From a virus: a DNA stretch of 44,736 nt. A model generated the notes under the pieces. It was not told the DNA's origin. It searched no databases and was given only the letters and a program-made list of their open reading frames with translations. The translations under genes were made by a program, and so were the position numbers. Shown piece by piece: positions 26,155 to 33,967 of this stretch. The stretch is taken from IMG/VR virus record IMGVR_UViG_3300037466_001855, positions 1 through 44,736 of that record. One strand, 5' to 3'. The stretch's first letter is position 1. Each line of letters opens with the position of its first letter.

Positions 26155-27939
26155 CTAATCTTCCCATCTATTCATTGGGCCGCTGGACTCTGCTTTTAGC
26201 GGAATTTTAAGGCCAATTTCGACTCCCGCCTGTGTCATGAATGACAACATTTGAGCTTCTGCCTCTACGGCGTAGTCCCTTTTTACTTCAATAAGGAGCT
26301 CGTCATGTACGGTAAAAAGTCCGCGTCCTAGTCCCTTTTCCTTGAGCCATTCCGACGTGAGATAGAAGGCCCTGCTTGTGAGGTCCGCTCCAGTTCCTTG
26401 GATAAGGAAGTTGTAAGCCTGTCGATAGTCTCCATCGTACTCGGTCCGTCGACGTTTCTGAAATCGCCGTCTTCGTCCAAATGCTGTAACAAGCGCTTCA
26501 CCGTCGTCAACAGCCCGGTCAGTTCGAGCCTTAAGAGCCTTTGGTCCGGAGTAGACTTCCCAATACTTTTGCCAAACTTGTTCGCCTTCATTTTCCGATA
26601 CTCCTAAAAGCTTTGCGACCTTTCGCGCTGTACACCAGTATTGGAGAGCGAAATTCAGCGTCTTCGCCGTATGCCGGTCTACTCCAAGTTCTTTTGACGT
26701 GATGTCGTGTTTAGAAAGTCCTTCCGAAAAAATTCGTACAAGATTCGCATCTCCGGTGAGGTTGGCTTCAATACATACTTCGAGTTGTGAGTAGTCAGCG
26801 GAGATAAAAACTCGACCGTCATCTGGCCGGTAGATTCCTCGTACTCCACCCGACTTTGGAAGCTGCCCAAGATTTGGGTTTGAGTGAGATATTCTTCCTG
26901 TAGCTGTTCCAGCGACATTGAAGGAAGGGTAGATTCGTCCATTTTTCATCCTCTCTAAAGTGCCTTCAATATAAGACCCATAGACCTTTTGGAGTTCTCG
27001 GTTGTCCTGGATCATTCCGACGATAGGGTGATGGTCCCGGAGCTTTTCGAGACTTGCGTAATCCGTAGAGACTTGCCTGGTTTTTTCATTGTGCTGTGGG
27101 GGCAGTCCCAGATGATCATAGAGAAGGCTCTGAATCTGCTGACTCGATTCAAAGCTGAATTCAGGGCGCTTAACTCCTGCCCGTCCTTTATCAGTCTTTC
27201 GCTTGGACAGCTCTTTGCTCCACAGTTGCAGTTCCACCAGATCGGCTTCATATTTCACCATTTCCCGCATCTTAGGGCGCAGGTCTTCAATCTTTGCCTT
27301 GAGGTCAACGCCTAGGTTAGTGAGATAGTCGATGTCTACTTTGACGCCTTCGATCTCAGTTTTGAGGAGGGCGTACTGGAGTCTGTGGACGTGTTCAATA
27401 AGCGATTCAGGTACGCCCTGTGTGCCGCTAAGTGTCGCCTTAAGAGATTCATAGATCTTCGCAGTTTGTAGGATGTCTTTGGCGCCGTAGTCCCAGCGTT
27501 CTTCTTCTGGTGCGTCTTGGTAGTTTTTGTACTTCGCCCAGAAGGCTTCTTTGTGGCTTGCTTCCTCGCCATAAAACTCCTTAATTAAAGCTTCCAAAGA
27601 ATACGAGTCTCTGTTCTCGTTCTCCAGGTGCGCAAGCAGCATCGTGTCGTGGTACTGCCAGTGGGTTAGGTCTACGCCTCGGCGATAAAGGAAAGTAATG
27701 TCAAAACGACCATTGTGTAAAACAGGGCGGCAGGTAAGACTACGCAAAACGCCCACCAGAGCCCCACTAAAAATGCACACTGATTCGCTACTTTTACTGC
27801 TGATTTGAACATCGATTACCTCGTCTTTAAAGCCATCAAGTCCTGTCGTCTCAATGTCAACGACTACAAACTCGCTATTTACGTTGTGCCACTCGATGAG
27901 CTCTCTGACTTCTTGTTCGGAACGCAACACTTTGTACAT
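26155..27939 (-). CDS. Family A DNA polymerase with 3'-5' exonuclease domain
   Basis: VVDIETTGL is Exo I. ISADYSQLEV is motif A. RHTAKTLNFALQY is motif B. VHDELLIEV is motif C. Confidence 0.9.
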   Translation of the reverse strand: MYKVLRSEQEVRELIEWHNVNSEFVVVDIETTGLDGFKDEVIDVQISSKSSESVCIFSGALVGVLRSLTCRPVLHNGRFDITFLYRRGVDLTHWQYHDTMLLAHLENENRDSYSLEALIKEFYGEEASHKEAFWAKYKNYQDAPEEERWDYGAKDILQTAKIYESLKATLSGTQGVPESLIEHVHRLQYALLKTEIEGVKVDIDYLTNLGVDLKAKIEDLRPKMREMVKYEADLVELQLWSKELSKRKTDKGRAGVKRPEFSFESSQQIQSLLYDHLGLPPQHNEKTRQVSTDYASLEKLRDHHPIVGMIQDNRELQKVYGSYIEGTLERMKNGRIYPSFNVAGTATGRISHSNPNLGQLPKSGGVRGIYRPDDGRVFISADYSQLEVCIEANLTGDANLVRIFSEGLSKHDITSKELGVDRHTAKTLNFALQYWCTARKVAKLLGVSENEGEQVWQKYWEVYSGPKALKARTDRAVDDGEALVTAFGRRRRFQKRRRTEYDGDYRQAYNFLIQGTGADLTSRAFYLTSEWLKEKGLGRGLFTVHDELLIEVKRDYAVEAEAQMLSFMTQAGVEIGLKIPLKAESSGPMNRWED

Positions 27940-27955
27940 CTACGCTCCTATAAAT

Positions 27956-28004
27956 AAAAAAGCGGCGAGGGAGGGACTTGCACCCTCTATCTATTCCTCG
28001 CCGC
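27956..28004 (-). terminator. Rho-independent terminator between 28120-28437 and the polymerase gene
   Basis: On the minus strand, GCGGCGAGG...(inner GAGGG/CCCTC)...CCTCGCCGC is followed by TTTTTT. Confidence 0.7.
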
Positions 28005-28119
28005 CGCAGGCACCCGTTACATGAACCTTCACGGGGGCGCTCCCTGCTATATCCCCTTAGACTAGGTAAGGGGGATGACCGGGGCTAGGCCTAGTCGCTA
28101 GCTACTCCGGTTCAAGCTT

Positions 28120-28437
28120 TTATAAGCCGTTGCTTTCAAACTCGATGATATAGTTATTCACCGTACCGCCGCGCTTCGTGCGAGATTTGCCTTCAAACGT
28201 TACACGGGTAAACGAGCCTTGAGGAACCTTTGGGAGATCCTCGTTCAGCTGGTGAGAGCCTAGGATGGACAAGATCTTGCCGTCTTCACCCTTGAAGCGG
28301 TGCTTGGTCAGAGGCTTTCCTTTGTTGTCGAAAGTCTCAGAACCTTCGTAGTAACCTTCGATCATGTCGCCTTGCTTTTCAAGCTTTACGCGGGTTTCGT
28401 CGCCAAATGATTTACGTTCAATTCTTTGCATTGCCAT
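28120..28437 (-). CDS. Hypothetical 105-aa protein followed by its own terminator
   Basis: SD aaaggagtaaact upstream. No motif recognised. An OB-fold/SSB role is only a guess from context. Confidence 0.6.
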   Translation of the reverse strand: MAMQRIERKSFGDETRVKLEKQGDMIEGYYEGSETFDNKGKPLTKHRFKGEDGKILSILGSHQLNEDLPKVPQGSFTRVTFEGKSRTKRGGTVNNYIIEFESNGL

Positions 28438-28456
28438 AGTTTACTCCTTTGATTTG

Positions 28457-28684
28457 TTACCGATACACTTCTAATTTTTGAATCACCTGTTGTGGGGTTT
28501 CGTACACGTAAACGTCAGGCCCACACGAAATCTTAGTTAAGCCGTGAGCATACTGAGGATAGTCATGCTGGGCATTCTCGCAACTTCCAACGGTCTCAAT
28601 CTTATCGACGTTCAGGTAAATTTCTCTTTTTTCGAACCCGCCGCTACCGTTTTCAACTGCCTCTGTTAATCGAATAAACTTCAT
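28457..28684 (-). CDS. Hypothetical protein
   Basis: 75 aa. ATGA coupling. Confidence 0.55.
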   Translation of the reverse strand: MKFIRLTEAVENGSGGFEKREIYLNVDKIETVGSCENAQHDYPQYAHGLTKISCGPDVYVYETPQQVIQKLEVYR

Positions 28685-29238
28685 TGTAAAATCTCCTTCA
28701 ATTGCTCCAGCAGCTTCAATGCTTGCCCCTCGTTCAACTCTTCCTTCCGCTTCACCATGAACGCCTCAACCATCTTCACCAATTGATCTTGCGTTCGGAG
28801 CTTCTTTGCGAGGATGATTCTGCTGCATTCGCTGATTGAGTCGTTGATGACTTTTCTAGTTGGCTTAGGAGTTCCGGCGGATACGGCTGGCTTAGGTTCT
28901 CCTCCACCTTGCTCCACTCCAGCTCCTGAAGGAGCCACTGCGGGACTGTCTGTCCGTGGCGTAGCTTCTTGTGATCCCGGGCTGTCCACCGTCCGTTTTG
29001 CTTCGTTGCTTTGGGCATTCGTGACCTCCAAACCGAACATTTGTGCGGCTCCAATAAGGCAACTGGCTGCCCTTGATACGCTTAGGAAATGGCCTTCATT
29101 AACCTTAACGTTAACCTTAAGAGCCTTTCCGTCGTACTCCCAACCTAGCGGGCCAAAGGTGTCATTAAGAAGCTTTACCAGCGGATCTGAGGGAGCCTGC
29201 CGGTTTAGCAACTGGCTGATTTCTTCCATCGACTTCAT
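28681..29238 (-). CDS. Hypothetical protein, weakly Rad52/Sak-like annealase candidate
   Basis: 185 aa. LLNDTFGPLGWEY recalls the LN..FG..GW block of Rad52-family annealases. The linker is Pro/Gly/Ala-rich. It lies next to the Cas4-like nuclease. Confidence 0.25.
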   Translation of the reverse strand: MKSMEEISQLLNRQAPSDPLVKLLNDTFGPLGWEYDGKALKVNVKVNEGHFLSVSRAASCLIGAAQMFGLEVTNAQSNEAKRTVDSPGSQEATPRTDSPAVAPSGAGVEQGGGEPKPAVSAGTPKPTRKVINDSISECSRIILAKKLRTQDQLVKMVEAFMVKRKEELNEGQALKLLEQLKEILQ

Positions 29239-30070
29239 CTTTCACCTCTTTCTTAAACTGATCGCAAAATGGAGCTACATTGCAGTAATTGGCACATCTA
29301 ACGAGCTCGCCTGGACGCGTCTCTACCTTGAGATTCTTGCCCTGGTTGGCGTAGTCCTTAGCCTCTGACTGGACGTCAAAGAGTTTAACTGCTCGGGCTT
29401 GGCCCTCGCGCATGACGGCGTACTTGGTAGGGCGTGCCCAGCGGTCTTCATCGCTACACTCGGGCAGTGTAATTCGGGCCTGCTTGTGAAGGATTACGCG
29501 CTCCCGAATGAATTTCTGGGTGATCTCCCGAGTCCAGAAGGGGACTTGTCGTACGATCACTTGAGTTTGGGGATAATTCGCATCCCGTCTTGCTTCAAGT
29601 TTTGACCAGTCTCTGAGGATACCGACAATCTCCATGCGGTTGACTGGGTGACCGTGTTGCTGGAGGATCTCAGCGTAAACATTGAGTTGCTGTTCATATT
29701 CAATAGGTACGCCGCCATCCTTGAACTTGTAGGCCGTCACCACTTTGTAGTCTTGGAGCAGACCATCGATGTAGCGGTCCATAGAGCCGCTGACTGACCA
29801 GCCCTCGACGTTAATCGAGAGTCTGCGCTCTGCAACGCCCGTGTTGCTAGCACGCTCTAGAATCCCGTGGACAACTTGGCCCATAAGCGACCAAATACGG
29901 GTTGAGACGTCTTCCTCGATCTCATCCTTATGCTGCTTCTCAAGCGCTACCATCCTGGGGGGCTTTAAGAGCGTTGTAACACTGATGTCAGCGCCGCCGC
30001 TTGAGTAGCCGTCGTTCTTGACAGCGTCTACGAGAGGTTGGGGGAGGTTTAAGCGGTTAGTAAGCTTCAT
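29165..30070 (-). CDS. Cas4/RecB-like PD-(D/E)XK exonuclease with C-terminal Cys cluster
   Basis: GSMD...LLQDYKV gives the D...DxK signature and YEQQLNVYAEIL gives QxxxY. The Cys residues are C...CANYCNVAPFC. The 3' end overlaps 28681-29238 by 74 nt. Confidence 0.65.
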   Translation of the reverse strand: MKLTNRLNLPQPLVDAVKNDGYSSGGADISVTTLLKPPRMVALEKQHKDEIEEDVSTRIWSLMGQVVHGILERASNTGVAERRLSINVEGWSVSGSMDRYIDGLLQDYKVVTAYKFKDGGVPIEYEQQLNVYAEILQQHGHPVNRMEIVGILRDWSKLEARRDANYPQTQVIVRQVPFWTREITQKFIRERVILHKQARITLPECSDEDRWARPTKYAVMREGQARAVKLFDVQSEAKDYANQGKNLKVETRPGELVRCANYCNVAPFCDQFKKEVKDEVDGRNQPVAKPAGSLRSAGKAS

Positions 30071-30438
30071 ACGTGCTCCAAATCTTTGGAGCCGAAAGCA
30101 ACTTTCGCCGTACCGCTCCTTGCGCTCGTGACATAGGGAAATTCTGGGTAAAGGTCGATAATGCGCTCAATCTGGCACTCGGCCCCTCGAAGGTGTTCAT
30201 GAACCCCCGGATTGATAATTCTAACCCTATCCCCAACCTTGAACTCGCGCTTTGGAGTGGGTGCAACAGCGGCTGCCGCAGCGTTAACTGCGTACTGAAA
30301 CGCATGTAACATATCGGAGCTGTGGTTAATGGCAGGCTTTGTATTACCAGGACAATCCTTAGGCTCTACCTTGTGAGTCCGACAGTACTGAAACGACTGT
30401 CCGCAAGCAACGTTGTCTACGATTTCACAGTTATTCAT
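30067..30438 (-). CDS. Hypothetical protein with KVGDRVR motif (trimmed to ATG 30438)
   Basis: 123 aa starting MNNCEIVDNVACGQSF, with FKVGDRVRIINPG further in. Confidence 0.55.
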   Translation of the reverse strand: MNNCEIVDNVACGQSFQYCRTHKVEPKDCPGNTKPAINHSSDMLHAFQYAVNAAAAAVAPTPKREFKVGDRVRIINPGVHEHLRGAECQIERIIDLYPEFPYVTSARSGTAKVAFGSKDLEHV

Positions 30439-30547
30439 CGAAATAACTCTCCATCTTGCCACCGCACATAGGGCAGCTATCTGGCGTATCGCCGTTATCG
30501 AAGATCAGATGACCGCAGGTTCTGCATTCGTGAGTGCTACATGCCAC
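30431..30547 (-). CDS. 38-aa rubredoxin-like zinc-ribbon micro-protein (GTG start), not in the ORF track
   Basis: Hand translation gives VACSTHECRTCGHLIFDNGDTPDSCPMCGGKMESYFDE then TAA. The pattern is CxxC-x13-CxxC. An in-frame TAG lies 3 codons upstream, so GTG 30547 is the only possible start. It lies 6 nt after a -10-like TAGCGT. Confidence 0.35.
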   Translation of the reverse strand: MACSTHECRTCGHLIFDNGDTPDSCPMCGGKMESYFDE

Positions 30548-30550
30548 TTC

Positions 30551-30583
30551 TTGACGCTATCGTACAAAGCGTACGGTAGTCAA
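30551..30583. promoter_or_regulatory. Face-to-face TTGAC...GTCAA element with GTAC-N7-GTAC core in the divergent control region
   Basis: The sequence is TTGACGctatcGTACaaagcGTACggtaGTCAA. On the minus strand: TTGACT, 18 nt, TAGCGT, 6 nt, GTG 30547. Confidence 0.4.
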
Positions 30584-30847
30584 CATTAAAAAATACGATA
30601 ATAATGTACAAGCGGTATTTACGAACGGTTAAAAATATGCTAGTAGTTAAACGTGGTAACGTTGGGACTGGCAAGACATCAGCGTTATCATGGCGTGAAA
30701 TTTCCCTTAATTTAACGGTATAAGCGCTGTAAACGTTTATGCCGTTTACTTTATCTAAAGATAGGCAAGACATCTTCTTTCGGCGTGAACATCCCTTGAG
30801 ATGTTTCCTTATAGAATACATTTATATCATATAAGCATACACTAAGG

Positions 30848-30876
30848 TTGACTAGTGTACGTCATTAGTGTACATT
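30848..30876 (+). promoter_or_regulatory. GTAC-N9-GTAC promoter of the rightward accessory operon
   Basis: The sequence is TTGACTagtGTACGTCATTAGTGTACATT (TTGACT, 17 nt, TACATT). SD ggag and the ATG at 30895 follow. Confidence 0.55.
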
Positions 30877-30894
30877 AAGGGTAGGAGTATTCAT

Positions 30895-31122
30895 ATGAAG
30901 TACCTATCTGTCCTAGCCTTATTGGCCCTCTCAGCCTGCGACTCAGCGCCAAAGACATTTCTCTGCATGTCGGCACTCACGCCACTCGGCGGTATTCAAA
31001 TCGACACCTCGAATCCTGCTGTCAAAGAACATAGGGACAGCCTTGAGTTTACGACCCCTCAAGGAAACGTCCTTGTCGTTCCAAAGTCTCTTTGTGTCGA
31101 AGTTAGAGAGTCGGTGCAATGA
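30895..31122 (+). CDS. Small lipoprotein
   Basis: An internal ATG follows SD taggagt. MKYLSVLALLALSAC carries the lipobox LSAC. The product is 75 aa. Confidence 0.7.
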   Translation: MKYLSVLALLALSACDSAPKTFLCMSALTPLGGIQIDTSNPAVKEHRDSLEFTTPQGNVLVVPKSLCVEVRESVQ

Positions 31123-31844
31123 TGGTGAGATTCATTGATTTCCTTTTTGCCGTAGCAATCACGCTATTGTTTGCCTTGATCCTTGTAACCGCAAAAGCGG
31201 CACATGCTGACACCAAGTCTGCTATGGATCAGCTCAGAAAGACCGCCGTACGTATTGAAGGCGCAGGCTGTAGCGGGAGTGGCTCCGTTGTCCAAGGACG
31301 TTCAGGGCATCACTATCTGATTACGAATGCCCATGTCTGCCTTTGCGCAGGTTACCGTAAACATCTCTATGCCACTTACGAAGGTGGCGCGATGGTTCGC
31401 GGTGACGTCTCTAAAATTGACTGGAACGCCGATCTTTGCGCCGCAAGGGTTGATAATTCTTACCCAGCACTAAAGCTTGGCCCAATGCCCGTGCCTTACC
31501 AAGAGGTCAACACTCGGGGCTATCCAAGCGGACGGCTTGCCGAGAGTCACGGAATGCTTAAGGGCTCGGTGTCCTGGGAATATGAAATGGAGATCGGGAT
31601 TATCGGGGAGTGTCCGGCAGGAACTCAGGTGATGCGAGACATTAATGGTCGTGTCAGTGGGTGTGAACTCCATCATTTCTCGGTGCTTTCAAACCTCTAC
31701 GCACGTCCCGGATCTAGTGGAAGTCCTGTCGTTAACGATGACGGCGGATTGGTGGGTGTTATCTCGTCTTGGCATCCTGGCGATGACTACGACGCAGGTA
31801 GCGTCCCTTACGGACAAGTGCGGAGTTTCTTGGAGGGTTTATGA
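31119..31844 (+). CDS. Secreted trypsin-like (S1/Trypsin_2-type) serine protease
   Basis: There is an N-terminal TM/signal. ITNAHV supplies His, DLCAARV supplies Asp and GSSGSPV supplies Ser. Confidence 0.75.
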   Translation: MMVRFIDFLFAVAITLLFALILVTAKAAHADTKSAMDQLRKTAVRIEGAGCSGSGSVVQGRSGHHYLITNAHVCLCAGYRKHLYATYEGGAMVRGDVSKIDWNADLCAARVDNSYPALKLGPMPVPYQEVNTRGYPSGRLAESHGMLKGSVSWEYEMEIGIIGECPAGTQVMRDINGRVSGCELHHFSVLSNLYARPGSSGSPVVNDDGGLVGVISSWHPGDDYDAGSVPYGQVRSFLEGL

Positions 31845-32746
31845 ACACGAGTTGGCATTCGTATCCTAAAGTTTGGGCAATTGGACACGCAGCAGTTGCA
31901 GAGTTGTTCTATGACGATGTGATTGTGCAAGAGAAGGTGGATGGCTCGCAATTCTCTTTTGGCGTATTTGACGGCGTACTCAAGATGCGCTCTAAGGGCC
32001 AGGAGCTTAATATTGATGCTCCTGAGAAGATGTTCGAGAACGCTGCAAAAACCGTCTTCCGTCTGAAAGACAAGCTTGTTCATGGGTATACGTATCGCGC
32101 TGAATACCTTCAGAAACCCAAGCATAACGTACTCGCATATGACCGCACACCTGAATCGCATATCATGATTTTTGATATTAATTCGGGTCAAGAATCTTAC
32201 CTTTCCTACGAAGAGGTTGAGGCCGAAGCAAAGCGCCTGGGGCTCGAAGTGGTCCCTCTTTTATACTCTGGCAAAGTATCTTCGGCTGTTGACCTTGAGA
32301 AGCTTCTAGAAAGAACCTCGGTCTTAGGAGGTCAGAAAATCGAAGGCTTCGTTGCCAAGAACTATGCGCGTTTCGGCAAAGACAAAAAAGCTCTCATGGG
32401 TAAGTTCGTATCCGAAGCGTTCAAGGAAAAGCATAAGAAGACCTGGAAAGAAGAGAACCCAGGACAAAATGACATCGTACAACTTCTGATCGGTCAGTAC
32501 CGAACCCCGGCGCGTTGGGATAAGGCCATCATTCATCTCCGTGAGGCAGGGGCTCTTGAAGGTAGTCCTAAAGATATTGGAAAGATCATTAAGGAAGTTC
32601 CTAAGGATCTGTTGTCTGAGTGTGAGCAAGAGATCAAGGACCAACTATTTCAATGGGCGTTCCCCGACCTGATTCGCGGCGTGAATAGAGGTCTTGCTGA
32701 GTACTATAAAGAGCGATTGTTTAAGTCGCAATTTGAGGGGCGATAA
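31841..32746 (+). CDS. ATP-dependent RNA-ligase-like nucleotidyltransferase
   Basis: QEKVDGSQ is motif I (KxDG). EGFVAKN is motif IV. GKFVSEAFKEKHKK is motif V-like. The product is 301 aa. Confidence 0.55.
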   Translation: MNTSWHSYPKVWAIGHAAVAELFYDDVIVQEKVDGSQFSFGVFDGVLKMRSKGQELNIDAPEKMFENAAKTVFRLKDKLVHGYTYRAEYLQKPKHNVLAYDRTPESHIMIFDINSGQESYLSYEEVEAEAKRLGLEVVPLLYSGKVSSAVDLEKLLERTSVLGGQKIEGFVAKNYARFGKDKKALMGKFVSEAFKEKHKKTWKEENPGQNDIVQLLIGQYRTPARWDKAIIHLREAGALEGSPKDIGKIIKEVPKDLLSECEQEIKDQLFQWAFPDLIRGVNRGLAEYYKERLFKSQFEGR

Positions 32747-33270
32747 TGCACGACCAGCAACGTGAAGCCGGTAAAAAGCGGGGTGGTATCCGTCCTCCGA
32801 CAAACGACGCTCTCCACATCACGCAAATCGCAGGACTCTTAGCGATTGGTAAGTCCGCTACTGAGATCGCACGGCAGCTCAATCTCGGCTACCACACGGT
32901 TAAGCGCATCTCGAACAAGGATGAATGTAAAAGCGTTGTTGCGGAGATTACGTCAAGCTACAAGGAAACTGCGAAAGCAGTCGCCGCAAAGGCCGTAGCC
33001 GACATGACTGATCTTGCTGTTGAGGGGCTTAAGAAGGCTCTTAAAGAGGGCAATATCCAAGCCGTTCGAACGCACTTCCAGGTGCTTGGACTGATTGGTC
33101 AGGAAGAGTCCCAAACTAAGCAGCAGGGGACTGGAACGATCCAAGTGATTTTGCCAGGTGCTCATGCTGAGAAGCCTGCAATCGACGTGGATACGAGCAA
33201 CATTACTTTAGAAATGCCAGAGGTTTTAAATGGAGAACAAGAAGTGGACCTGGGACCCGGAGAAGCGTGA
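32746..33270 (+). CDS. HTH DNA-binding protein (regulator, or possibly TerS-like)
   Basis: IGKSATEIARQLNLGYHTVKRISNK is a helix-turn-helix. A coiled-coil-like segment follows. Confidence 0.5.
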   Translation: MHDQQREAGKKRGGIRPPTNDALHITQIAGLLAIGKSATEIARQLNLGYHTVKRISNKDECKSVVAEITSSYKETAKAVAAKAVADMTDLAVEGLKKALKEGNIQAVRTHFQVLGLIGQEESQTKQQGTGTIQVILPGAHAEKPAIDVDTSNITLEMPEVLNGEQEVDLGPGEA

Positions 33271-33397
33271 AGTCGTCATCCATGAGAACGGCGACTACAT
33301 GCTTGGAATTTCAGAGACTCAGTACGTGACGGTGAGGGTGGAGGTGGGGAATGGCAGTAAAGACGTATCCGAAAAAAGCGGGGGTGAAGCTCAGTGA
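33230..33397 (+). CDS. Possible 55-aa ORF bridging the HTH and peptidase genes
   Basis: Hand translation begins MENKKWTWDPEKREVVIHENGDYMLGISETQYVTVRVEVGNG. SD agagg is upstream. It overlaps both neighbours out of frame and is below the track size cutoff. Confidence 0.3.
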   Translation: MENKKWTWDPEKREVVIHENGDYMLGISETQYVTVRVEVGNGSKDVSEKSGGEAQ

Positions 33398-33773
33398 TCA
33401 TTTTACTAGCTCTGAATTCGATTGCCCTTGTGATTCTTGCACTGAAACTCTTATCGATGAGCGACTCATCGAACTGCTTGAGCCGACACGTCGAGCACTT
33501 GGAGCGCCTCTTAGAATTAATTCTGGCTACCGATGCTCACAATACCAAGAAGCTCTTAGACTCAGAGGCTATGAAACCGCCTGTGGAATATCTCAACACG
33601 AGCTCGGAAGGGCAGTGGACATCATGCTATCGGGCGACGGAGAAGCTACGGGCGCAGAGATCGAGCGAGCGGCTAGAGCGGCAGGATTTAAAGCAGTAGG
33701 AGTAGGGCACAACTGGTGCCATGTGGATTTACGCGACGATAAAGAACGGCGCTGGGAGTATAAATCAAGATGA
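33351..33773 (+). CDS. Peptidase M15 (D-Ala-D-Ala carboxypeptidase/endolysin-type) cell-wall hydrolase
   Basis: Motifs are LSDHFTSSEFDC, INSGYRC, SQHELGRAVD and WCHVDL. A strong SD ggaggtgggg is present. Confidence 0.8.
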   Translation: MAVKTYPKKAGVKLSDHFTSSEFDCPCDSCTETLIDERLIELLEPTRRALGAPLRINSGYRCSQYQEALRLRGYETACGISQHELGRAVDIMLSGDGEATGAEIERAARAAGFKAVGVGHNWCHVDLRDDKERRWEYKSR

Positions 33774-33967
33774 CACAACCTCGTCGCCAAGTAACTGTAC
33801 ATGTCGAGCTTCCCCAAGATGGTTCCATGAAAGCTATGCGGATTTATATCAAGAGTGATGACGGGAAAGATCTAACTTTTCAGGCCGTTCTTGATGCCGT
33901 TTCTGATGTTCTGATCGATGAGGTGGTTTTAGACTACGGCGAGGATGACCCCGTTTATGACGCCTAA
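33770..33967 (+). CDS. Small acidic hypothetical protein
   Basis: 65 aa. ATGA coupling. Confidence 0.5.
   Translation: MTQPRRQVTVHVELPQDGSMKAMRIYIKSDDGKDLTFQAVLDAVSDVLIDEVVLDYGEDDPVYDA

Noticed and set aside
30537-30821. 94-aa minus-strand ORF covering the divergent control region
   Set aside because: It spans the AT-rich promoter/operator DNA, has no SD and has an odd composition. It would also be read through the promoter elements themselves. The short Zn-ribbon ORF (30431-30547) is the more plausible coding unit here.
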